A stretch of DNA of 63,169 bases, counting the filler, from Choristocarpus tenellus KU-1152 (Eukaryota; Protista; Phaeophyceae), in assembly GCA_964200185.2 (NCBI GenBank). It is 10 parts of 10 records of this genome, joined end to end, with 100 filler letters (N's around TTAATTAATTAA, not from the genome) between each part and the next. Parts side by side here need not be neighbours in the genome. Positions count along the whole stretch, not along the records: positions 10,591 to 31,287 come from CAXNAD020000380.1; 9 more parts are not named here. One strand, given 5' to 3'. A model generated the notes under the pieces. That model searched no databases. It had not been told where the DNA came from and saw only the letters and a program-made list of their open reading frames with translations. Every line of letters begins with the position of its first letter. Positions within the stretch are counted from its first letter, which is position 1. Shown piece by piece: positions 10,591-21,531 of this stretch. The position numbers and the translations under genes were made by a program.

Positions 10591-12798
10591 CCTGTTCCTC
10601 CTGATCCTGCATCCCATAAATTTGGTTACCTCGCCCAAATTCGCCACTGGGAACTTCTCATTAAGTCCCTCAATGATATGCACAGCATAACCAGCCCCTG
10701 ATTTCTCAACCATCAGCATGCCATCAACATGGACGATCATGATCATCACAGTCTCATCATCCACAATCATTCTGAATAGACATGGATCTGCCTCCGATTG
10801 TTCCAAGCCCAGTTCCAGCAAAGCTTCCATCAGCAGAAACTTCTAGTTGTCCTAATCCCGCCTTGGACCTCTGCACTCTCCCTTTGCCATCCATCTTTGT
10901 CCCTAGTGCCTTGTGACCATCAGTGGAGTGAGGTACTTGAAACTACACTCCCCTGTTATCCAGATCATCCACTTCTTCATGAATAGCAGCTCTCCACAGA
11001 GACCACTCCTTACACTCCGTCGCTGCTCTCATGGTAAATGGTTCAGGTGGGAGGGGTATATCTTTCCCACCCACAAGTAAACCAGTCCGTTCCAATGGTT
11101 CACCAGGTTGAGATGGGGGGAGGTGGTTATGATCCACTAGTTGCAGTAAAAGCTTTGCACCACTCCCCTGCTGTGACGTAGGTGGATCCATACCACCAGC
11201 ACCAGTGTTCAGCATCCCATCTATACTTCCATTTTTCAAATCCAGACCCACTTTTTCCAAAGACACGCCTTTTGAAGTCTTTTCCTCTGTAACATCTCTT
11301 TCCGATCCCAAAGAAATTTCATCCATCACGAAATCTTCAGTGCTCAGCTCAAAGTCGTCTTGCTTCTCCCCCAAGATTCCATCACCACTCAGCCCCTATG
11401 GGACAGTGAAAAATGCTCCAGCCCCACCCTGGGCGAGCTCATCCAATGCTACAACATCCTCCACTGACGTTGCTTTCGGACTAGTTGACTCCCCTGGATC
11501 AAACTCTGGCGCTCCCTCCTCCCCAACAATCCCCTCTGGGATAATTGTTAAAGTATCCCCAAAATCATCAAAGAGGATAAAGGTGATAAACCCGGCAAGA
11601 TTGCTTGGAGTCTGTAGGGTGATTAACTAAATTTAGGTGGTGCATGCAAGGCCCCATAAAATCAGAAATATTTCCTTTTATATGAGAAACATTCTCCTTC
11701 AACTAATCACTAGTGAAAGGTTCTGATAACTCAACCACTAATTGATTGTTCCGTTACTCCATACATATTTTACCGTAACTGTCCGATAGAGTTGGAAGGG
11801 TCTGATCCAACAGATGTCACCTGCCATGCCCATCAACCAGCATGCATCATCCGTGCTTGTTCTGAGCAGATTCAGTATATTCTCTCCCAGTTCCTGGGTA
11901 TCACCAAAGTGTAAGCCGCTGTAGTCCACCCTGGGTCGTTCAGCTATCCTGGCTGACCTCCGTTGTCCACTAGGTGAACTTGTCGAGTTCTTGCTCGCTG
12001 CAGTTGCTTGTGGTATCGGATCGGCTGAAATATCGATTCACTGATCAGAGTCGTCTTCAGTATCGGAAATCTCTTCATCATCCGTCAAAGTCAAAGTCAT
12101 GGTCTCTCTCTCCCCCACGAAGTCCATGATGTGTTCGTCTGGCTCTAACGTCACTTGGACTGAGATTACCAACTTGGCCTCTTGAGCAAGCCAGATGTAG
12201 CAACACAGTGATGTACGATCGTGTCCCATGATGATACCCCTTTTTGGCGTATGGGTGAAACTTTGAACCGTCTCTCTTCTGCCGTCTGGTTGACCCCCAT
12301 TTTCGTATTTCGCCACAATTGTCGATGCGGACCCCTTCGTCGTTTGTAGAAGGAGGAACCATAGCGCCTTGTCATTCTTCGTGTGTGTGGCATGTGCCGT
12401 ACGCACTGCCTCTCCCGAGATGGTGGTGGGTGTTTCAGGAATCTCGAAGTCCCTCGTCGTAATCTCGTACAAACTCTTTCCACCAGTGTAGGCGATCAAT
12501 GACAGTCTCCAAGTCGAGCAGGTCTCCAATGACCTTCCTGTGGCCCCCATCCAGACAGCAAGTTTATTCAGGTCAGTCTCCATACTACTAAGGCTCATAA
12601 CAAGGTCACTCTTCTATTGCTTGTTTATCATTATTTGTGTCTCATACGTACGTCAACGGTTAATTAATGGCAAAGTAGTTTAATGCAGAATAATAACCCA
12701 TATGTAATCCCACATTCATAATCCGGATGTACCATCTCATGAGTTACATCTCTCACACACAAAATAAGGTACACCTCACTATTGTACTATTTCGCACA
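10591..12798 (-). mobile_element. Degenerate, internally deleted Ty1/Copia retrotransposon (5' LTR, PBS, gag, post-integrase region, RT)
   Basis: gag (DKALWFLLLQTTKGSASTIVAKYE), GIIMGHD..CYIW, EPFTMRAA..WRAAIHEE, RT (EQSEADPCLF..IVHVDGML..LGEVTKFMG). LTR at 12617-12798 is homologous to the solo LTRs. Confidence 0.9.
12592..12601 (-). promoter_or_regulatory. Putative Copia primer-binding site (GTTATGAGCC, initiator-Met tRNA half type)
   Basis: Lies between the LTR and the gag-like ORF and resembles the GGTTATG(G/A)GCCC PBS used by Copia elements. Confidence 0.55.
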
Positions 12799-14205
12799 CT
12801 CCCTCATGAGAGTGCAGGCAATGAAGGGTTGCTGGAACTCTCAAACCTAAAACGTCTTATTCTGCACAAATCCCTTCAGACGATAAAATGTGACTCAGAT
12901 AGCATAATTGCTGTTCTAGTAAGTGTAGATGTCCTTCCCATGTGGGAGAACAAGTAATCAGATCACTCATGTAAACTAGCAAACCGCTCAGTGGACCAAA
13001 AATTGCAAAGGCTAAGGACACGATAATTTGAATTGCCAGGGAGCACTTGATATCCCAAAGCATGGTTCCTATCAACAGGTTTGGTACCGGGATCTATAGG
13101 AATTTCTGCCTCAGCTAGAGTAGATCTGCCTAGTTCTGCTGCTGCATTTAACAAAATTTCTGATGCATTTAAAGAAATTTCTAATTATCTATAACGAGCA
13201 CAGAGGTCTAAAAGTTGAGATACTTGTGATGGATTGAACGTGGTATACTTGAATGCATTTGTCTTACTGAAGGCTTGATGTAACTCCTCTCTACCTTTAC
13301 TGAACAGTGCAGAATCAGTATTTAGAGCACTAACAGTGATTGGTATCTGATCAGAAATTGGGGTTAAGTGACCTATCACAAGATGCTTCTTGATACGGGC
13401 CTTTCGTGCTGTTGGGTTTGCCATTTGAACCAATACTGATCTATTACTTGCTGACCAAGTACTGGGGGTGCGAGCAGCTACGATACGATTCCGTTGGTGT
13501 GTAGGTTCATTGGTTTGATCTACAGCAGGCATAGAATGTATGACTGGCTCCACAGCTACAACGGCAGTATCAAGCGACGGGCTAGCATCAGTTGTGCAAT
13601 GTTCGATGATTTCATGACCAGGTGGGTATGTTATATTGTTTATGTACACGAACGGGTACACAGGGCCAAAATCATGTTGCACACTCACCACAGAGCACGA
13701 AGGAGTGGCACTTGTGTCACGTACTTGTTGTGTGGGGCTCCTTGTCTTGTGATGTCTTGCCGAAATGGTACACGAACTGTTGTGGAACGAGAGACGTTGT
13801 TCTTGCCAATCAAGGATTGCACCAAAGGCCTATTATCAAGCAGAATTTTATCGGGACCAAGTTGGGGAATCACTAAAGCTTCAACTGGCAATGAAGTGTC
13901 ATCAGGTGTAAGTGCAAAACGAATATATCCACGGATATGTAATGGTGAATCGTTTGCCGTACGTAGATTTATTGCACCAGGTGAGACAAGATACACATCA
14001 AAATGTTTCAGTTGAGGGTTATTGCGAACAAATATTCTGAAATACATGGTACATCACTAGCTGTTGTGTCAATAGTCAAGTCATTTTCCTCTTGTTCTTC
14101 AACGGTGCCAGATACACGAACGATCCCTTTGTGATGTAAACGATAAAGGTTTGGAGGTAGATGGGTATCTGCACAAAGAACTGTTAAACCAAGTTTAGCT
14201 TGCAA

Positions 14206-14464
14206 GAGTGAAAGTATCTTAGAGGGTACGAATTTTGCCATTTTTGTCAATTTGGGGCTTGGCTTCCCACGGTTTTTTTATTACATTTTCCTACTCCGAA
14301 ATGTTTCGAAGTAGGTAAAATGTGTATGTTTATGAAAAGGTGTGTTCGGAACAAGGATATGGACACTTCCTAACAAACACAATAGCCGAAATAATATCAA
14401 AATCGCAAGATTGGATTTTGGTCCCCAAACGGACACGGCTCTACCCTCTAAGATACTTTGACTC
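14206..14464 (-). mobile_element. MITE family A copy 5, inserted in the Gypsy element
   Basis: gagtgaaagtatcttagagggta...taccctctaagatactttgactc, 3-bp TSD CAA. Confidence 0.95.
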
Positions 14465-15389
14465 CAAGTTTCATTATTATTACACGAGTTTGGTTGAACT
14501 AACGGCAAAGAAAATGCTTCATGACGCGCGTGCAGCAATAAACGATGCGAGAGGAGCAAGAGGTGTGAGTGCTGTCATCCTCCGATGCTTGCCACTCCCT
14601 ACGATGGTGTCAGCAACACCATTACTATTCCCAAGTGAACAGGAGTCAAATCCACCTGGGCCCCCCTAGGGACGGGCGACATAATGGCCTGGTGTTGATT
14701 GTCTATTGTCACGAACCTGACCACCACGACCCCTTCCTCTACGACGCAGGTGCGGCCTACGAGTACCCTTCGGATTGTTCAGGCATAACTGGGTTGTATG
14801 ACCCTCACAAGTCGTCGCCTGACAATCCGGGTACTGGCACACACTACTTTGGTGTTGATCAACGGTGTACTGGAGTGTTGATAGTGTCTCTGCGTAGTGT
14901 GGTGTTTCCAGGGGTCATGGTGATCTTTTAGTTGAGCTGGCTGCGGTAGGTGGAATTGTAAACGACCGAGCTGGGGACCTGTTGAGGGTTGCTTACCCCG
15001 CTCGGTGACACTCCACCCCCATACAGAGCCGTTGACATTCTTGTTGTAATTGGACAAAATCTGCCCGAGGAATCGGCCGACAACGAGGGTTGTGGGTCAC
15101 AGCACTAGTGTAAGTTGTTGAGGTGGAATTATTACCAGGCAGATTTGTTGGTCTCATTCCGTTTGGCACGGTTACAAGCCAGGGCAAAATTGGTGGCAGG
15201 TTCTTCCCGAATCTGCTTAAGATGAATCGTAGGGAGTAAGCCGTCTTCCATCAGGGTTATTATCAGTTGCTCGACAAGTAAAGATGTTGTGTCGACCGAA
15301 TGTGAGGACGATTTTGTACGACAAACATCATCAAAAAAATGATTCATTGCTGTTTTGCAACATAAAGTATATTTGTCGACAGACTCAGT

Positions 15390-15725
15390 TGTGCAAAACA
15401 GGACAATAGTGAGGTGTACCTTATTTTGTGTATGAAAGATTATCCATATGTCCATGTGATGTAATTAATGAGATGGTACATCCGGATTATGAATGGGATT
15501 ATATATGAGTTTATATTCTGCATTCAACTACTTTGACTTAACCGTTGACTTATGTATGAGACACAAATAATAATAAAACAAGCAATGAGAAGACACCCCA
15601 CAAAGGTCACTCTTCTAATTCCAACCATGTAATCACGTTCAGCAATGGGGAACCGTGTGAGGCTTCACACCTTCTTGTCTTCACTACTGATACCAATAGC
15701 ATTACCCCCCAAGGTAAATTGCACG
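15390..15725 (+). mobile_element. Solo LTR (same Copia family) inserted in Gypsy gag
   Basis: tgtgcaaaacagg...aaattgcacg, 5-bp TSD tcagt / tcagc. The gag similarity resumes on both sides. Confidence 0.9.
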
Positions 15726-18097
15726 TCAGCCTCTCCTTATTTCAAGGATGTTTAGTCTACTGGCTGATACACTTACAACCTGGGCGGGAGTGAATGCGTT
15801 GATCAAGGCTTTCTGGACATTATACCACGTCTTTGGAGGTGTAATGGGGACAGGGGTGTCAAGGGACGATTGCAGTTGAGCCAAATGACTTGTTGAACGC
15901 CATTCTATCGTACCAGTTAACGCCTCAAAATATAATGTTTCATCAGGTCCTCGAAGAATTTTCTGTAAAAATTCTAAACAACCGAGCATCAACTGTATCA
16001 GGGGATGCAGGACCGTACTGAGTAGAATGCAGAGATATTGCCACATGCCATTTAGAAATCAAGTGGCAAATCTTCTTCACCAGTACCTGTAATTGTCTGA
16101 CCAGACAGGATTTCCGAAGCGGAAAACCTGAAACGACTCCCTTCTGGCAGTACTAAGTTTGTGTGCTTTCCACAAATATCGTCAAAAAGACTAATATAAC
16201 AAAAGGAGATAATGGGAAATCGAACATAGGGCATAGGAAGCAGCATCAGCAGTCTAAGACCCCCCCCTAGCTTCATTAATATGTTAGGTTGGTAATATCT
16301 TGAAAGATGATGCAAAGCCATAACAACAGGAATAACACTGGGTCTCTATCATTCTGAGTCGCTCATTGAAACTCAGAGTGGCATTTCCTAGAAACCTTCC
16401 ATTTTGTGAGGGGGAACAATATTGAAACTTCTCATGCATTGTGTAATTGTTGGTGAGAACCTTGTTGGCATGAGGCCCGTTTTGGTGCCATGTCGTGAGC
16501 ACACGCTCTGTTAGCATTTTATCCTGATGAAGAAAATACCATGTTGACCTAGTGTACCCGTCCCACTCACTGTCATTGCGTGTGGTACCTAAATTCTACT
16601 TTCTTTTTGCCTAATCCAAAGTTTAGAATTATCTTTCCATTTGTTAACTGATGGGTGATACCTTCATCTTCTGTCTTCCTGACCCCAACTATATAACATA
16701 GTAACAGTTGGTTTACTACTACTAAAAAGAGAAACTTACAGTGATTGTAGCAGGAAGGACAAAGAATTTATAAAAGACTGGCATCAGAGGAATGAGAGAG
16801 GAAGCGTCAAGTCTACGACCAATACTCAATGTGAAACATTGTTTTTTTAATCATACATGGTTTCTGGACAGCACCATGCGCCTTACAAGACAAACGAATG
16901 GAGGCGTGCAGTTGGATCGAACTTTTGTTTGAACTGTCTCAAAAACAGTTTACGATCATGATGCGTGGTGTTGAATAGCTGATCCCCAAAGACCGTGGTA
17001 CCAGGGGTAAGAACCTCATCTTAGTAGTGATGTGAACCGAAAGAATCTAAAACTACAATCAAATCGGCCAGATATATTTTTTATTACTTGAATTGAATCG
17101 ATTTGAACTGTAGGCGCACAAGGCAAAAACTCAGAAGTCTCCACAGGTCTCAGCAGGCAGACTCGAAGCCATTAACAGTGAAACGTGTAGTCAGTTGTGG
17201 GTAGTGATGTCACACCTTGTGACAAATATATGCTTCTTCCGTGACCTTGGACACGTTCAGTAGTAACACTTCTGCTTGTATTTGTGACAAAAAACCTGAA
17301 TGACCGAACCGTTTCAGTTCAGTCATTCAGATATTTCAAATAATTGAACCGATGCTGATTGAACTGTCCCGACTCACAACAATACTCTTCAGGCATTGAG
17401 ACCGTACGAAGCAAGGCGAGATGCAGAGACCTTGCCCCCACCAACATTCCCTTGGCCCCTCCTTGTCTTCTTTGCCCGCTTTGCTTGCTGGTCATTGTTT
17501 TGCACACCGTTAGGAACTCCACCTTCACTCTCATTCTCCATCTTCCCCCCCCCCCTCCCGTCTCTTTGTTCTCGTCTCCATCCCGTATTCGTTTCTTCTT
17601 ACGCTTCTTGTTCTTAGAACTACCCTCTTCCCTATCCACGGTGCATTCGTTCCCCAAACCTGATCCAACACTTGGAACCCTAATCTTTACCTGTTCCAAT
17701 GAACCACTGGCTAGAGGAGCAGTGTCAGCATCACTGACTCCTCCACTTGACCCGTTCCCTGAGTTCTCTTTCTTCTCAGCAGCAACAGGTACAACACGGG
17801 GCAGGAGGGCCTCTTCTCTCCTTCTGTGCCCTCCCCATCCTCATGGATCACTTGTCGAATAACCTAGTGTTATCCTTAAGTTATCTGTGCTGATAAATGT
17901 ATGTAACATACGTTATATGTACGTTTATCTTTAGTTCGGTACAATACAAAGTAGGGAACGTGCATAAAAATATAATAAGTCAACATTCATTCACACTTCA
18001 GTGATAATGGATGACTGACGGGCAATTAATGATTCAGTGTGTGTTTTACCATGCAACTCAACTACTAGCTTTCGGCGACGAGCCTTACATGCTCCAA

Positions 18098-18211
18098 GCT
18101 TCTCAACATCACTTCCGCTCTTTGCTTCTCGGCATATCCAACCCATCCTCACGTAGGGAGACAATGGTAAAGGTGCCAACCGTCACATGGAACGATATTG
18201 GGGGGCTGGCA
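18098..18211 (+). pseudogene. CDC48: Isolated degraded exon of CDC48/p97/VCP AAA ATPase (D1-D2 linker)
   Basis: HFRSLLLGISNPSSRRETMVKVPTVTWNDIGGL versus the conserved HF..ALG.SNPSALRETVVEVPNV.W.DIGGL. Ends at a gtacgt donor-like site. No other CDC48 exons seen. Confidence 0.8.
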
Positions 18212-18356
18212 GTACGTTTATGTTTGTTTATCAACCTTGAAAATTGTATGTTTTAGAATATTTTTTTGTTGCAACCATGCTATATGTCACATAAAATATC
18301 TTCCAGGGATGCACCATTGATCAAACAGAATCCCAAACAGTGGGCAACGAGGGAGT

Positions 18357-18621
18357 TCATGGGCGAGATGGATCAAGATTAGTATATTGTGACTCCATTT
18401 CGCCACACATGTCATCTATGTCCACATAGCGCTGTGCTGTACCCTGAAGCCCTTTGCACAAACAGGTTGCGGAGCTAGGTTTCTGGTTGGAGTCGATGAA
18501 GGAAGGGTCATCCAAGTGTGATTTCGAGTCTCTTGAGTGCCTGTCACTTGTTTTAGAGTCACTTGAGTAGGAGTCCTTGTAGTACGGCTCCTTGGAATTG
18601 GAGTCCTCGGAGGTGGAGTCC
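18357..18621 (-). pseudogene. Exon-like fragment paralogous to the K/D/S repeat protein
   Basis: After aaacag: DSTSEDSNSKEPYYKDSYSSDSKTSDRHSRDSKSHL, compared with KDSYSKDSK...DSKSNL of the 25974 ORF. Confidence 0.55.
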
Positions 18622-21281
18622 CTGTTTGATTTCCAAAGAAGGTAACGATGATACTGAAGTGTATTGTATGGGCAAGTAGATATCGAGATTTGATACTCAC
18701 ATGGAGTGCCGCATGGCGACGTCTCATCAAAGACTCGCACAATTATACCCTCTCGACAAGTTTCGAAGAGGCTCACTGACTGGCTACAGTAACAACAGTG
18801 GTGTGGCTGGAGTTCATTATTGTTGACCAATCAACAATACAGTGTAATAATCATCAAGACAATTACAGTGACTTGGGTCTTCAATATTCCTGGACTCGCT
18901 ACGCTCCTTCTCTCCCCTTCTCGTTACAAAAGACATGTAGGCCTGTAAGATCAAAGGGCATGTACACATGTACTTAAACATTGAAAAGCCACTAATATCG
19001 CCAAAGGTCGTGGTAAAACGTAAGCTGTACACATGCTTGTATACTAATGCAACGGGCGGGGTAAGATTGATGGGACTGTGCCACCTGAGATGCAAGCAGC
19101 AATAAAGAAAGCGCAACAAAGCTATGAATAAACTTGGTATTTCTCATGTTATGGGACCTAGGGCAACTGTATTCTTGAGATGGTGTAAACTGCCCATATA
19201 CTGTGTATCAAGTGCAACAAAAACACCCTCACCACCAGCACACGTAGAGCATCGTATGTACCCTTTTCGGTGTCGACCGCACACCTCTATTCCACCCATC
19301 CAAGTTGACGTCATCATTTCCGTGATCACGTCGAAATGTTTGTGGAAAAACGGAATCGTGGTCCAAACGAGAAACGAGATCAACTAAGGAGGTGGGAGTG
19401 GCGGTGTAGCATGAAGCAGAGCTGCGTCGTCACCTCCTCTTTGAGACTGTCAGGTTGGGAATTAGGATTTTGGTATCGGAGAAGTTACACATCAATCGAA
19501 GTGCCCTCACCCTCAGCTGTCGGTCACGGACCTTGGATGCCGTCCCCACCAGTATCATCACCATGGACAGGGATAAGGTCCACGCCCAACCCGAAGAAGG
19601 TGACAAGAGTCGAAGGAGCAGAGACTCATAATATAACCGAGCTGCCTTTATCGGGGATGAACGGATGGATCCTGGTCTACGCCGAACTGTTGAGTTGAGG
19701 TGAGGGTACAGCGCCTGTACTTGTTGGTTCAATAGAGGTTTGGGATGTGGTAAGAGAGGAAACTACCAAATATGGGCACACCCATCACAAATTATTTATA
19801 GTATGCTGTATATAATCGATGACATCGTATCATATTTGTGATAACGAAAATATATACGAGGTATATCCTAACTCTGTCATGTGGGGATGATCATACCTGA
19901 CCCAACTTCAATAACAACTAAAGTGTAGTTGGTAGAAGTAGAAGGAGAAGTCGGAAAAAAAGGGTTGTGGAATGTTCGGTCGGAATAGAATAACTGTGAA
20001 GCTTTGTCACTGACACACACACAAGAACGAAAAATGTATCTTGAGAAATATTATTTCTGGTGTGTGATCTTAGAGAGGAAGATATTAACTCATGTACTTA
20101 CTTCATATGCATTGGGATCATGAGTTGTTCGATATGTGTGTTTCGTAATTTGTGAATTGTGGTGAGAGATGAGGAATAAGGAAGCAAAGAAGCTGGCATT
20201 CGACAATATATGATCATTAAGATGTTGCAGTAGGATTTGGATGTCCTAATTATTGTATTTTGATAGGGTTCGATCACTGCTGTGTAGAATAATAGTAATT
20301 ATCAAAGCTTGAAGAAAAATACCTAGAAATGGATAGGAGTTACAAGACTTTTTTGGTGATGTGTTTGTAGATGTTTATTATAACAATATTAGAGGAGAAA
20401 ACAAAATCGAATACAAAACCAAAAACTCCGCCATTTCCAACATGTCCCTTCGATCCTCTTCCAATATATATTTGGAGTTAACACCATAACAAATAGGTGG
20501 GTTTGCCCTCCTTTCTCACGGAAGCAACATGTATGGAGTGAGAGAGTGAGGTGGGATAGAATTCTTTTGTGATCGGCAGTGAGATACATCAACTGTGTAT
20601 GCCAATTGGAACCTTCCTTACCTCTTGTGGAGTTGTGTAATGAATGGGGCCCTTTGGGGACCTTCCATGTTTGAATAAACCGAGTTGAAACGGAAAAATT
20701 GTGGTTAAGACAATATAATTGGATGGTGATTTGCGTTATCGAACCCCCGAATTCAGCCCCCTCTGTTCCTGTGTATGTTGTTGAAGTGATGCCGCGCCGA
20801 TGAACTGGGCGATGTTGAGAAGTCGTACAGGACACACTCGTCGATTGTGATGATGAGCAGTAAATGGCAATATGCGAATCCAACAAGACAAACACGACCC
20901 AACTGTTTCCCTGATATGCAAACAGGCGAGACCTGATCTTAAGTTAAGGTGTTGCTGAGGGTAGGGGCGGATAATAACGTTGAGCAAAAGTACTACCTCG
21001 TAACCAACAAAAAACCGCTAATGAGACCGAAACATTACGACTTTGACCAGAGAGTCAGAAATAACGAGATTACCAAGGGTGGAAGCGAGGGTGAATGAGC
21101 TATAATCGAACCCTTCATCCCCTACCCATCTCGAAACCATTATCGCGTGCACTGTGTGACTTGGTGCTCGCACAATCTTTAAGGACAAGACATATGTGAG
21201 CATGATATCATATGAAGGTTGAACGGGTGCACATGAATTTCTCGTGCTCCCCCTGTTGATTTCAACATCGTTATAGATGGA

Positions 21282-21531
21282 GAGTCAAAGTATCTTAGAG
21301 GGTAGAGCCGTGTCCTTTTGGGGGCCAAAATCCAATGTTGCGATTTTGATGTAATTTTGGCTATCATGTTTGTTAGCAAGTGTCAATATCCTTGTTACGG
21401 AAACACCTTTCCATATTGAGCACATTCACCTACTCCGAGACATTCCGGAGTAGGAAAGTGTCATAAAAATACCCCTGGGAAGCGAGGCCCCAAAGGGAGA
21501 AACAGGGCAAAACCCTAAGATACTTTCAATG
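21282..21531 (+). mobile_element. MITE family A copy 6
   Basis: gagtcaaagtatcttagagggta...ccctaagatactttcaatg, 4-bp TSD TGGA. Confidence 0.88.

Larger units (their letters stand above)
12799..16560 (-). mobile_element. Degenerate Ty3/Gypsy retrotransposon (gag, Zn-knuckle, protease, partial RT) carrying nested insertions
   Basis: gag (TWYNVQKALINAFTP...ESVDKY...EDGLLPTI), CQYPDCQATTCEGHTTQLC knuckle at about 14780-14840, protease C-terminal part (LRTANDSPLHIRG..ALVIPQLGPDKILLDN), ELGRSTLAEAEIPIDPGTKPV, and RT with YMDD decayed to LVYMSDLITCSPTWEGHL. Confidence 0.85.
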
